From: Patescibacteria group bacterium
GTDB lineage: Bacteria; Patescibacteriota; Minisyncoccia; Phycocordibacterales; Phycocordibacteraceae
NCBI GenBank assembly: GCA_038078715.1
Contig: JBBTSU010000005.1
Coordinates: forward strand, 3,048 to 67,047
Length of the DNA stretch: 64,000 nucleotides
Direction of reading: 5' to 3'
In this document: positions 17,120 to 26,370 of the stretch, piece after piece
Position numbering within the stretch: position 1 is the stretch's first letter
Layout: every line of letters begins with the position of its first letter
Notes under the pieces: generated by a model
The model's database searches: none
What the model was told of the DNA's origin: nothing
What the model saw: only the letters and a program-made list of their open reading frames with translations
Made by a program: the position numbers and the translations under genes

Positions 17120-18763
17120 ATGGACATTAATACCTGTTACGAGACAACGTACTTCTATCACACGATAGCGTACTACTCTCATCTGGTACCGACCGCTATT
17201 GGTCTTTTCCTCAGTATTTACGCATTGATTCGTACAAAGTTTTCACGACTTGCCGTCGTGTTCTTTGCGTTTACGTTTGGGTTCTCCCTCTGGCTCATTG
17301 GTGACCTGATTGTATGGACACAGTCTGACTACAATGTCGTCTACTACTTCTGGTCGTGGCTTGATTTCGTAAATGTGGTGTTCTTTGTGCTCGGCGCGTA
17401 CTTCTTTGGTCTTCTTGCGCGCGGACACGTCTCTGTCTGGGAGAAGGGAATTATGATGCTTCTCACCCTTCCTGCGTTTGCCATTACCGTGACAGGAAAT
17501 TCAGTGGTTGACTTCTACCAACCGGTCTGTGAAGCCGCTAATAATGACTGGCTTACATACTACAAGCTCTTTGCAGAGACTTCCTCTGCCGCACTCATGT
17601 TGGTGTCGTTTGTCCTTGCGTGGAAAGGTTCCGATGTTCGTAAGCGCGTGCAGGTAAGTGTCATCGGTCTTGCGATTCTCATGTTTTACGGCGTCTTTGC
17701 AGGTACCGAGTACATCGCTTCAATGACGGGCGTCTATGAGACGAATCTCTACGGACTCTTCATCCTTCCGCTCTTCCTCATTATCATGACGTTTGCCATT
17801 ACCGATCTTCGTCTCTTCCAGTTTAGATTCGTCGGTACGCAGATCTTGGCGTACATTTTGATCATCATGGTGGGTTCACAGCTACTCTATGTGCAGGACG
17901 CCACCGACCAGACACTCTCCTTGGTGACCTTGGCCATTACGCTCTTCATTGGCCTCATGCTTATTGAGAACGCTAAACGAGAAGCAGAGGCTCGCGTACA
18001 GATTGAAGAACTTGCCGGAACACTTCGTAAGACCAACAGCCAGCTCGACCTGGCAAACGCACACTTGAAGGAATTGGACCAGATGAAGGATGAGTTCCTT
18101 TCTATTGCTTCACACCAGCTTCGCGCACCGATTACGGCAGTGCGTGGCTACGCTGCAAACTTGGCGGACGGCACCTATGGTGTGGTGCCGGAGTACTTCA
18201 AAGAACCAATTGAAACCATCATGGAAGCGACTCGTATGATGGCGACCTCTATTGAAGACTATTTGAACATCTCTCGTATTGAACAGGGTCGCATGAAGTA
18301 TGAAAAGAGTGAGTTTGATCTTGCGCATCTCGTAGAGACCGTCGTGCAGGAACTTGGACCTATTGCGTCTAAGAAAGATCTTACCCTCACCGCCACTCCA
18401 TCTGAGGACGTCATGGTTCGTGCCGACATTGGAAAAATAAAGCAGGTGATCGTGAACATTGTTGACAATGCAATCAAATACACAGAAAAGGGTGGAATCA
18501 AGATCTCGATTGAAAAAGAGAAAGAGAACGCACAAATCGTAGTGACCGACACGGGTGTGGGTATTCCTGTCGATGAGATTGCAGTGCTCTTTGATAAGTT
18601 CACCCGTGCACGTGGCGCAAACAAGATAAACACGACTGGTACAGGTCTTGGGCTGTATGTCGCCAAGCAGTTGGTTGCAGGTCACAGTGGAAAAGTGTGG
18701 GCCGAGTCAGACGGACCAGGGAAGGGATCCCGCTTTATCATAGAATTGCCACGCATAGTATAA
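17120..18763 (+). CDS. sensor histidine kinase (polytopic membrane sensor domain + HisKA + HATPase_c)
   Basis: About 8 TM helices in the N-terminal half. H-box 'FLSIASHQLRAPITAV', N-box 'IVDNAIKYT', G-boxes 'DTGVGIP' and 'GTGLGL'. No response regulator is adjacent. Confidence 0.85.
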   Translation: MDINTCYETTYFYHTIAYYSHLVPTAIGLFLSIYALIRTKFSRLAVVFFAFTFGFSLWLIGDLIVWTQSDYNVVYYFWSWLDFVNVVFFVLGAYFFGLLARGHVSVWEKGIMMLLTLPAFAITVTGNSVVDFYQPVCEAANNDWLTYYKLFAETSSAALMLVSFVLAWKGSDVRKRVQVSVIGLAILMFYGVFAGTEYIASMTGVYETNLYGLFILPLFLIIMTFAITDLRLFQFRFVGTQILAYILIIMVGSQLLYVQDATDQTLSLVTLAITLFIGLMLIENAKREAEARVQIEELAGTLRKTNSQLDLANAHLKELDQMKDEFLSIASHQLRAPITAVRGYAANLADGTYGVVPEYFKEPIETIMEATRMMATSIEDYLNISRIEQGRMKYEKSEFDLAHLVETVVQELGPIASKKDLTLTATPSEDVMVRADIGKIKQVIVNIVDNAIKYTEKGGIKISIEKEKENAQIVVTDTGVGIPVDEIAVLFDKFTRARGANKINTTGTGLGLYVAKQLVAGHSGKVWAESDGPGKGSRFIIELPRIV

Positions 18764-18807
18764 TGGGGTGGTCTTATTTACGGAGACTTTATCGTAACGG
18801 TACTCAC

Positions 18808-19782
18808 ATGAAGAAGCCTACAGACGGGAACGGATTTGTGCTGCTTGCAGGGAACGGGAACCTTGTACTTGCGCAGAAGATTGCAAAGATCCTTGGAAAG
18901 GAGGTCACGAACCCTATTACCTATTTCGTAGATGGAGAAGTGCGGGTGAAGGGTATTCCGAACCTCCGTCGTCGCCCGGTCTATATCATTCAGTCCACCG
19001 GAAAGCCTGCAAACGACAATCTCATGGAGCTTCTTCTTATGATTGACGCTGCTCGTCGCGCCTCTGCAGATGAAGTGAACGTGGTCATCCCATACTTTGG
19101 ATACGCCCGTCAGGATCGTAAGGATCAGCCTCGTGTGCCTATTTCTTCAGCCGTGGTTGCCAATCTTATTCGCAGTGCTGGCGCAGATCGCATCTGCACC
19201 CTTGATATTCATGCGGAGCAGGTACAGGGATCCGTTCAGTTCTCATGGGACAACCTCTACGGAAGCTACGTACTCGTGCCAGAGATTAAGAAACGCAAGC
19301 TCAAAGATCCCGTGCTCGTCTCACCTGATAAGGGAGGTGTGCCTCGTGTGACTGGCTATGCACAGCTTCTTGGCGTGTCCGACATTGCGATTGTATACAA
19401 GCAGCGCGATCTTCATGTAAACAACAAATCCGAAGTTTTCTCTATGGTCGGAGACGTAGAAGGAAAGGATGTGCTCTTGATTGACGACATGCTTGATTCT
19501 GGAGGAACGATGTTTAACGCAGTGGATCACATTAAGGAGTGTGGTGCACGCAGTATTCGTGTCGCCGTCACCCATGGTTTGTTTAACGGAAAGGCTCTTG
19601 AACGCTTGTCTGCCTCTCCAGTGGAGGAAATCATTACTACTGATTCCGTCGCTCATCGCGATGAGGTGTTGAATCACCCTAAGATTACGATAGTCTCTGT
19701 CGCAGACATGCTTGCCGAAGCCATCATCCACATCCAGACTGGTGCCTCCATCAGCGAAGAACTCATTCTGAAGGCAGAGTAG
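18808..19782 (+). CDS. prs: ribose-phosphate pyrophosphokinase (PRPP synthetase)
   Basis: Start taken at 'MKKPTDGNGFVLLAGNGNLVLAQKIAKILG', the typical Prs N-terminus; PRPP-binding loop 'VLLIDDMLDSGGT'. Confidence 0.85.
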   Translation: MKKPTDGNGFVLLAGNGNLVLAQKIAKILGKEVTNPITYFVDGEVRVKGIPNLRRRPVYIIQSTGKPANDNLMELLLMIDAARRASADEVNVVIPYFGYARQDRKDQPRVPISSAVVANLIRSAGADRICTLDIHAEQVQGSVQFSWDNLYGSYVLVPEIKKRKLKDPVLVSPDKGGVPRVTGYAQLLGVSDIAIVYKQRDLHVNNKSEVFSMVGDVEGKDVLLIDDMLDSGGTMFNAVDHIKECGARSIRVAVTHGLFNGKALERLSASPVEEIITTDSVAHRDEVLNHPKITIVSVADMLAEAIIHIQTGASISEELILKAE

Positions 19783-19785
19783 GCC

Positions 19786-19794
19786 TGGTATACT
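19786..19794 (+). promoter_or_regulatory. extended -10 element TGGTATACT, 7 nt upstream of the tyrS ATG (leaderless)
   Basis: TATACT at 19789-19794; ATG at 19802. Confidence 0.35.
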
Positions 19795-19801
19795 TTCGTA
19801 T

Positions 19802-21046
19802 ATGAGTTTGGCACACGACCTTTCGGCACGTGGGTTTGCGGAGCATTCCTCTTCGCCACTTGAGAACATTCTTTCTTCTAAACGAGGGGTGTATCTCGGT
19901 ATAGATCCGACGGCGGATTCTCTCCATGTCGGTCACCTCGTACCGATCCTTCTTATGAAGCGGCTCGGGACTGCAGGGCATCGTCTCGTATTCTTGGTCG
20001 GGGGAGGAACGGGAATGATTGGAGACCCACGTGAGGTGGGCGAGCGCTCACTTCTTGATACGCGTACGCTTGAGAAGAATAAGCGCGCCATTCGTTCTCA
20101 GCTCTCTAAGATAGTCGGAAAGCGTATCGAGCTCGTGGACAATGCCTCATGGCTCCTTAAGGTGAACTTGGTGGAGTTCCTTCGTGATATTGGAAAACAC
20201 TTCACCGTGAATGAGCTTATTAAACGTGACCTGATTAAGCGTCGTCTTGAGAACCCTGACGAAAGTATTTCCTTTACTGAGTTCTCCTACTCACTGCTTC
20301 AGGGCTACGACTTCCTTACGCTTTATCGTAAGAAGGGAATTAATCTTCAGATTGGAGGATCTGATCAGTGGACCAACATGCTTTCGGGTGTAGAGCTTAT
20401 TCGCCGCAAACTTAGCGAGGAAGCATTTGTCTTTACCTGCCCTTTGGTCACTGACGCGGCAGGAAAGAAGTTTGGTAAGTCAGAAGGGGCACCGGTGTGG
20501 CTTGATGCGAAGAAAACTTCACCATTTAAGTTCTACCAGTTCTGGATCAATCTTCCTGATACGGGTATTGAGACGTACTTGAAACTCTATACCTTCCTCA
20601 CTCTTGAAGAGATTGATTCGGTTATGGCATCACATGCCAAGAACCCTGGAGCACGAGAGGCACAGCAGACCCTTGCTCGTTTGGTAACGGAGATCGTGCA
20701 TGGTCCTGCAGCTGCAGCACAGGCAGGAGCCGCCACTGATGCTCTCTTCGGAGGTCGTGCCTTTGCAAGTTTGTCTCGTGAAGAAGTATCGGTACTTCTA
20801 GGCGAGGTACCAACCCTTCGTATGTCTAAGAAGACAGTCGTACGTCCTATTGTGGACGTGCTTGTTGAAGGAAAGACGGTTCCTTCTAAATCAGAGGCAC
20901 GTCGTTTGATTGAAGCCAGTGGAGTGACACTAAACGGAGAAGTGCTCTCAGATCCTGCACGTGAGCTTACACTCTCTGACTTCACCAACGAACTTGCCAT
21001 CATCCGCAAAGGAAAGCGCGATGTACTTCTTTTGAAGCTTACCTAA
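19802..21046 (+). CDS. tyrS: tyrosyl-tRNA synthetase
   Basis: HIGH-type motif 'SLHVGHLVP', KMSKS-type 'KFGKSEG', and a C-terminal S4-like domain. Confidence 0.9.
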   Translation: MSLAHDLSARGFAEHSSSPLENILSSKRGVYLGIDPTADSLHVGHLVPILLMKRLGTAGHRLVFLVGGGTGMIGDPREVGERSLLDTRTLEKNKRAIRSQLSKIVGKRIELVDNASWLLKVNLVEFLRDIGKHFTVNELIKRDLIKRRLENPDESISFTEFSYSLLQGYDFLTLYRKKGINLQIGGSDQWTNMLSGVELIRRKLSEEAFVFTCPLVTDAAGKKFGKSEGAPVWLDAKKTSPFKFYQFWINLPDTGIETYLKLYTFLTLEEIDSVMASHAKNPGAREAQQTLARLVTEIVHGPAAAAQAGAATDALFGGRAFASLSREEVSVLLGEVPTLRMSKKTVVRPIVDVLVEGKTVPSKSEARRLIEASGVTLNGEVLSDPARELTLSDFTNELAIIRKGKRDVLLLKLT

Positions 21047-21070
21047 GGCCTGGAATAGGAGGGAAGACAA

Positions 21071-21079
21071 TGCTATAGT
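21071..21079 (+). promoter_or_regulatory. extended -10 element TGCTATAGT upstream of tRNA-Tyr
   Basis: The -10 box ends 11 nt before the mature tRNA 5' end. Confidence 0.4.
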
Positions 21080-21090
21080 CGGCGACAGAC

Positions 21091-21176
21091 GCGTCGGTGG
21101 CAGAGTGGTCAATTGCACTTGGCTGTAAACCAAGCGGATTTATCCTACGCAGGTTCGAATCCTGCCCGGCGCACCA
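21091..21176 (+). tRNA. tRNA-Tyr (anticodon GTA), long variable arm, CCA encoded
   Basis: Manual fold: 7-bp acceptor stem GCGTCGG/CCGGCGC (one G-U pair); anticodon stem CTTGG/CCAAG with loop CTGTAAA; T-arm GCAGG-TTCGAAT-CCTGC; long extra arm; 3' 'ACCA'. Confidence 0.85.
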
Positions 21177-21186
21177 TTATTTACGT

Positions 21187-22101
21187 ATGTCCGCAGGACT
21201 TATTGCGTCACTTATTACCGCCCTCTGTAAGGCGGGAAGTGATGTCGTATACAAATGGGTAAGTAAAAGCGTGCCGCACGACGATGTGCTCACGCTTATG
21301 TTGCGCCTTGTAGAGGCGCTTCTTGCGATTGCGATTCTTCTCATTGGTGGCCTTTTGTTTTCTGGATCCCTTGTACTTCCAGTCGCATTTCTTAATCCTG
21401 TGTTTTGGAGTATCTCTATTGCGTCTGCGGTATTAAGTGGTCTTGGACTTTTCTTTACCTTTAAGGCACTACGAACCTCTGACGTGTCACTCGTGTCTCC
21501 TATGACACAGCTCACTCCTCTTATTCTCCTCGTGACCTCACCGATCATGATAGGGGAATCACTGACAACTGCAGGAGTGCTCGGAGTGGTCGGTATTGTC
21601 TTTGGCTCCTACGCCATGAGTCTGGGCTCAAAGGATAATACGAGCGCAAATCCATTTCGTTCTTTTGCACGACTCTTCTCTGATCGTGGGGTACAGTTCG
21701 CACTCCTTGCGTCACTTCTCTACGGATTCTCATCTAACCTTGACAAGATGGGAGTGCTCGCGACCTCGCCTGTATGGTGGATTGCGATACAAGCGCTCAT
21801 GATGTCGCTGCCAGTGTATCTCTGGATGCGATTCTCGTCACTGCGTAGTCATCTTGTTCTCACTCGGAGACAATTTTCATATTCCATCCTCCCTGGTATT
21901 ACGAGCGGCACTGGGTCTATCGTGCAGATGATTGCGATTAGCATCTGGCCAGTGCCATACGTGATAGCAGTGAAGCGTCTAAGTGCCCTCGTATCTGTCG
22001 TCTCCGGAGCAGTGCTATTTAAGGAAGAAAACTTCTTCTGGCGTCTCATAGGAGCACTCATTATGGTCCTCAGTACCATCGCGATTATTCTCTACGGCTA
22101 G
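21187..22101 (+). CDS. DMT/EamA-family transporter (10 TM)
   Basis: The track ORF start (GTG at 21097) lies inside the tRNA-Tyr gene, so the CDS is trimmed to the ATG at 21187 ('MSAGLIASLI...'). Two EamA-like repeats of hydrophobic helices. Confidence 0.7.
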   Translation: MSAGLIASLITALCKAGSDVVYKWVSKSVPHDDVLTLMLRLVEALLAIAILLIGGLLFSGSLVLPVAFLNPVFWSISIASAVLSGLGLFFTFKALRTSDVSLVSPMTQLTPLILLVTSPIMIGESLTTAGVLGVVGIVFGSYAMSLGSKDNTSANPFRSFARLFSDRGVQFALLASLLYGFSSNLDKMGVLATSPVWWIAIQALMMSLPVYLWMRFSSLRSHLVLTRRQFSYSILPGITSGTGSIVQMIAISIWPVPYVIAVKRLSALVSVVSGAVLFKEENFFWRLIGALIMVLSTIAIILYG

Positions 22102-22111
22102 TGATAAGATT

Positions 22112-22573
22112 ATGACTATGGATTCCTGTATTTTTTGTAAGATCGTAAAAGGAGAGGCACCATCCCATGTCATTTGGGAAGACGAGAAGCATCTCGCGTT
22201 TCTTTCTATATTCCCAAACACTCCAGGTTTTTCAGTAGTGGTTACCAAGAAGCATTATTCTAGTTACGTCTTTGATTTATCTGACGACGTATACGCAGAG
22301 CTTCTTTCAGCCGCTAAGACAGTGGGGAAGAAGATTGATGCGGCGCTTCCAGACGTAGGACGTACTGGACTTCTTGCCGAAGGATTCGGCGTAGATCATG
22401 CACATGTGAAATTGTTCCCTATGCATGGAACTGCTGACATGGACACTTGGAAACCGATTGAGTTCAGACGCACCGACTTCTATGAGATATATCCAGGATA
22501 CCTTTCTTCACATGACGCTGGACGGGCTGATGATGGGGAGTTGGCAGAACTCGCGAAAAAGATACGTGATTGA
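22112..22573 (+). CDS. HIT-family (histidine triad) nucleotide hydrolase
   Basis: N-terminal 'CIFCKI' and the histidine-triad region 'GVDHAHVKLFPMHG'. Confidence 0.7.
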   Translation: MTMDSCIFCKIVKGEAPSHVIWEDEKHLAFLSIFPNTPGFSVVVTKKHYSSYVFDLSDDVYAELLSAAKTVGKKIDAALPDVGRTGLLAEGFGVDHAHVKLFPMHGTADMDTWKPIEFRRTDFYEIYPGYLSSHDAGRADDGELAELAKKIRD

Positions 22574-22579
22574 TATAGT
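22571..22579 (+). promoter_or_regulatory. extended -10 element TGATATAGT, 8 nt upstream of the trpS ATG (leaderless)
   Basis: TATAGT at 22574-22579; ATG at 22588. Confidence 0.35.
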
Positions 22580-22587
22580 CTTTTGAT

Positions 22588-23526
22588 ATGGCAAAACCTC
22601 GTCTCCTCACCGGTCTTCAGCCTTCGGGCGATCTTCATATCGGCAACTACTTTGGTGCGCTCAAGCCTTTTGTGGATACGTATGAGAAATACGAGAGCTT
22701 CCTTATGGTCGTGGACTACCATGCCCTTACATCTCTAAAGAGTCCTGATGAACTTCGGAAAAACACCATTGAAGCCGTACGTACCTATCTTGCCGTGGGG
22801 GTAGATCCGAATAAAGCAGTGATCTTTAAGCAATCAGACGTTCCTGCACACACCGAGCTTGCATGGATCTTTGATTGTCTGGTGACTCTCCCATTCCTCA
22901 TGCAGGCACATGCGTACAAGGACAAGGTGGCAAAGGGTCTTGAAGCGAACGCGGGTCTCTTTACGTACCCTATGCTCATGGCCGCAGATATTCTTTTGTA
23001 TGACACAGAGGTAGTGCCGGTTGGAGAAGATCAGCGACAGCACATTGAATATGCACGTGAGGCTGCAGCAAAGTTTAATAAAGCCTTTACAGAAGTATTT
23101 AAGGAGCCAAAAGAACTCATTCTTAAGGCCACGGGTATCGTTCCGGGTACTGATGGCAAGAAGATGAGTAAGAGCTACGGCAACACCATTCCACTCTTTG
23201 GTTCTCGTGAGGAAATACAGAAGGCGGCCATGAGTATCGTCACTGATTCTTCTGCAGGAATTCCTAAGAATGTGTATGCAATGCACAAACTGCTTAAGAG
23301 CGAAGAAGAGCTTGCACCACTCTACGAAGCGAACAAAGGAAGCTACAAGGCACTCAAGGATGCATTGGTAGAGGATCTGGATGCGTTCATTACCCCAATG
23401 CGCGAGAAGCGCGAATCAATCTCTGATGCAGAAGTTGCGTCTGTCCTTGCCGATGGTGCAGAGAAAGCGAGAGAGGTAAGTGAGGCAAAGATGGAGGTGG
23501 TACGTAAGGCCGTGGGCGTGCGCTAA
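22588..23526 (+). CDS. trpS: tryptophanyl-tRNA synthetase
   Basis: 'TGLQPSGDLHIGNYFGA' (HIGH-type) and 'KMSKSYGN' (KMSKS). Confidence 0.9.
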   Translation: MAKPRLLTGLQPSGDLHIGNYFGALKPFVDTYEKYESFLMVVDYHALTSLKSPDELRKNTIEAVRTYLAVGVDPNKAVIFKQSDVPAHTELAWIFDCLVTLPFLMQAHAYKDKVAKGLEANAGLFTYPMLMAADILLYDTEVVPVGEDQRQHIEYAREAAAKFNKAFTEVFKEPKELILKATGIVPGTDGKKMSKSYGNTIPLFGSREEIQKAAMSIVTDSSAGIPKNVYAMHKLLKSEEELAPLYEANKGSYKALKDALVEDLDAFITPMREKRESISDAEVASVLADGAEKAREVSEAKMEVVRKAVGVR

Positions 23527-23528
23527 AT

Positions 23529-24077
23529 ATGCTCACTCTGGTCACAAGCAACATGGACAAGGTTCGTGAATACGAACGGTATCTTGGTGCACCCATCGCA
23601 CATGAATCTTTTGATCTGCCTGAAATTCAATCACTCAGCTACGAAGAGATCGTTGAAGCAAAAGCACTGGAGGCATACAAGCGGATTGGTTCTCCAGTGC
23701 TAGTAGATGACTCCGGTCTTCTCATTGATAGCATGAATGGTTTGCCTGGTCCTCTCACCAAGTGGTTTGAGAAAGCACTTGGCACCGAAGGGGTATGTAG
23801 ACTTGCTGATGCAGATCCAGATCGTAAGGGATCGGTGACAGCTATTGTGGGATTCTTTGATGGTACGGAGTTCAAATCCTTTAGAGGGGACTCCAAAGGG
23901 ACTATTGCAGATCATCCACGAGGAGAAAATGGCTTTGGATACGATGTTGCCTTCATTCATGAAGGGGATGACCGGACCCGGTCAGAATTAACGAGGGAAG
24001 AACAGGACGCCCGGCCGTTTAGGAAGACTGCCCTTGAGGCCCTCAAGACCTATCTCCAAGGTCGTGGTATTTTGTAA
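23529..24077 (+). CDS. rdgB: non-canonical purine NTP pyrophosphatase (Ham1/RdgB/ITPase family)
   Basis: N-terminus 'LTLVTSNMDKVREY' (Ham1 start) and 'GFGYDVAFIHEG' (the FGYDPIF-type motif). Confidence 0.75.
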   Translation: MLTLVTSNMDKVREYERYLGAPIAHESFDLPEIQSLSYEEIVEAKALEAYKRIGSPVLVDDSGLLIDSMNGLPGPLTKWFEKALGTEGVCRLADADPDRKGSVTAIVGFFDGTEFKSFRGDSKGTIADHPRGENGFGYDVAFIHEGDDRTRSELTREEQDARPFRKTALEALKTYLQGRGIL

Positions 24078-24082
24078 GGAAT

Positions 24083-25396
24083 ATGGAACGGGTACTGATA
24101 CGGGACCTAAAGGCCCACGTAGGAAAGGAGGTGACCATCGCCGGATGGGTAGATGTACGTCGTGACCAGGGCAAGATGGTCTTCTTTGATTTCCGCGATC
24201 GTAGCGGCATGGTCCAGGGCGTCGTGCTTCCGAAGAGTGAGGCCATGGATGCAGCGAAGGAGACTCGTCATGAGTATGTCGTTTCCGTTACAGGAAAAGT
24301 GAATGCACGTCCGGAAAAGAATGTGCAGGAGGGAAAACAGAACGGTGACATTGAGCTTGAGGTTCTTGGCATAGAGATTCTTTCTCGTGCTCAGGAACTT
24401 CCATTTGAAAAAGATACTGACATCAATATTGATACTCGTTTTGACTATCGTCCGTTCACACTTCGTAGTCAGCGCGATCATGACATCTTTAAAGTGCAGG
24501 CAACCGTCGTTGATGCATACCGTCAGTCACTCATTGCACAAGACTTCACCGAGTTCCAGGCGCCCTCACTGGTAGGAGGAGACGCAGAAGGAGGAGCCGC
24601 CGTGTTTAAAGTGGACTACTTCAACGACCGTACCGCATACCTCGCCACCTCTCCACAGTTCTACAAGCAGATTATGGTAGGAGCCTTTGAGCGCGCCTTT
24701 ACCGTTGCACGTATCTTCCGTGCAGAAAAGAGTGCGACCACTCGCCACCTTTCTGAAGCAACCTGTGTAGATTTTGAGATGGGCTTTATCCCGGACGAGA
24801 GGGAGGTGATGGCAACGCTTGAACGCACCATTCGTGATGTCGTAGAGGCGGTCGCAAAGAAGCACGCAGATGTGTTTGAACGCATGGGAGTACCCGTTCC
24901 TGCACTCGGGGAGAAGTTCCCAGTGCTCACTCTTCGTGAAGCACATGAAAGACTTGGAGTGACTCCAGAAGATGACATGACGCCTGAGCATGAACGCAAT
25001 ATCTGCGAGTGGGCACTTAAGGAGCACGGGTCAGATTTTGTATTCATTACGCGCTTCCCAACGAACGCACGTGCCTTCTACACCATGGCAGAGGATGGCA
25101 CGTTTTCTCGTGGCTTTGATCTCTTGTTCCGCGGCCTTGAGATCAACAGCGGCGCACAGCGTATTCATAGCTATGACGAGATGGTGGCGCGTATTAAGGA
25201 GCGCGGGATGGACCCAGAGAAGTTTCAGTTCTATCTCCAAGCCTTCAAGTATGGTATTCCTCCGCACGGTGGATGCTCTACCGGTATAGAGCGCTTCACC
25301 ATGAAGATGCTCAACCTTGGTAATGCCAAAGAGGCATCCGCATTCCCACGTGACATGAACCGCATTGACCTTCTTCTTTCACAAGAGGATGCGTAA
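24083..25396 (+). CDS. aspS: aspartyl-tRNA synthetase, archaeal/eukaryal type (class IIb, about 437 aa, no GAD insertion)
   Basis: N-terminal OB anticodon-binding domain. Motif 2 'FRAEKSATTRHLSEATCVDFEM', 'DLLFRGLEINSGAQRIHSYDEM' and motif 3 'GGCSTGIERF' fit archaeal-type AspRS better than AsnRS. Confidence 0.7.
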   Translation: MERVLIRDLKAHVGKEVTIAGWVDVRRDQGKMVFFDFRDRSGMVQGVVLPKSEAMDAAKETRHEYVVSVTGKVNARPEKNVQEGKQNGDIELEVLGIEILSRAQELPFEKDTDINIDTRFDYRPFTLRSQRDHDIFKVQATVVDAYRQSLIAQDFTEFQAPSLVGGDAEGGAAVFKVDYFNDRTAYLATSPQFYKQIMVGAFERAFTVARIFRAEKSATTRHLSEATCVDFEMGFIPDEREVMATLERTIRDVVEAVAKKHADVFERMGVPVPALGEKFPVLTLREAHERLGVTPEDDMTPEHERNICEWALKEHGSDFVFITRFPTNARAFYTMAEDGTFSRGFDLLFRGLEINSGAQRIHSYDEMVARIKERGMDPEKFQFYLQAFKYGIPPHGGCSTGIERFTMKMLNLGNAKEASAFPRDMNRIDLLLSQEDA

Positions 25397-25407
25397 CTCT
25401 TTTTCCT

Positions 25408-26370
25408 ATGCCAACCCTTAAAGAAATGTACGCAGAGGCAGTAGAGCTCGGCATTGACGCCGATCCTCGTGGACGTGATGGGGTACAGAAGCTTCTTGCC
25501 CGTCGCAAGAAAGAATATGACGGACTCTCTGAGAAGCAGAAGGAGGAATACCACGAAGAAGATTTGTGGGATCCATACATAGACTCCGGTATCTTTGCGG
25601 GTGATCCTGATAAGGAAGTGAAGAAGATCATGGCCGGCATTGATATTGATGTCGGGGAAGTGGCGATTGCAGGCCTCATGAACCAGCAGGGAGCAGGGAT
25701 AGATGCGCTCGTCGCGCATCACCCACAAGCAAAAGCATACGCCGCACTTCACGAAGTCATGGAGATGCAGTCAGAGAATATGGCGCGCTACGGTGTACCG
25801 ATTAATGTTGCTGAAGGGATTATGCGTGAGCGTATCAATGAGGTGGCTCGTAAGATTAGTCCTCGTAACCACACCCAGGCGGTAGATTCTGCAAAGCTTC
25901 TAAACCTCTCCTACGTCTGCACGCACACCATTGCCGATAACCTTGTGTTCCGTTTCCTTGAAGATCTTTTCAACGAGAAGAGCGCAGAGACGGTAGGAGA
26001 TGTCATTGCTATTCTTAAAGAGATTCCTGAATACCAGGTTGCCATGAAGTCTAAGGCGGGTCCAACACTCTTCTCTGGAAACGAAAAGAATCGTACGGGT
26101 AAGATTGCACCGCTTGAGATTACAGGGGGAACAGAAGGATCTCCGCTTATCTACGAGAAGTTTGCACAGGCAGGAGTCGGCACCATTATCGCCATGCATG
26201 CCTCAGAAGAACATCGTACGGAGGCGATGAAGAACCATATCAACCTCGTCATCGCCGGGCACATGAGTTCTGACTCTATTGGTATGAACCTTGTATTGGA
26301 TAAGTTTGAAGCGAAGGGAATTGAGATTGTGCCTACCTCAGGCCTCATTCGCGTGAGTCGTAACAAATAA
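25408..26370 (+). CDS. NIF3-family (YqfO/YbgI-like) dinuclear metal-centre protein
   Basis: 'ALVAHHPQ' near the start of the core and 'AGHMSSDSIG' near the C-terminus match the NIF3 metal-ligand regions. Confidence 0.65.
   Translation: MPTLKEMYAEAVELGIDADPRGRDGVQKLLARRKKEYDGLSEKQKEEYHEEDLWDPYIDSGIFAGDPDKEVKKIMAGIDIDVGEVAIAGLMNQQGAGIDALVAHHPQAKAYAALHEVMEMQSENMARYGVPINVAEGIMRERINEVARKISPRNHTQAVDSAKLLNLSYVCTHTIADNLVFRFLEDLFNEKSAETVGDVIAILKEIPEYQVAMKSKAGPTLFSGNEKNRTGKIAPLEITGGTEGSPLIYEKFAQAGVGTIIAMHASEEHRTEAMKNHINLVIAGHMSSDSIGMNLVLDKFEAKGIEIVPTSGLIRVSRNK

Noticed and set aside
21097-21186. The GTG start of the EamA transporter ORF given in the ORF track.
   Set aside because: The first 80 nt of that ORF are the tRNA-Tyr gene itself (21091-21176). 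The CDS most likely begins at the ATG at 21187.
22571-22573. Alternative genetic code (UGA recoded, as in some CPR lineages).
   Set aside because: TGA is used as an ordinary stop (e.g. the HIT gene at 22571-22573 and the LOG gene at 40345-40347), with correctly placed downstream genes. The conserved proteins show no in-frame TGA, so the standard code 11 applies.
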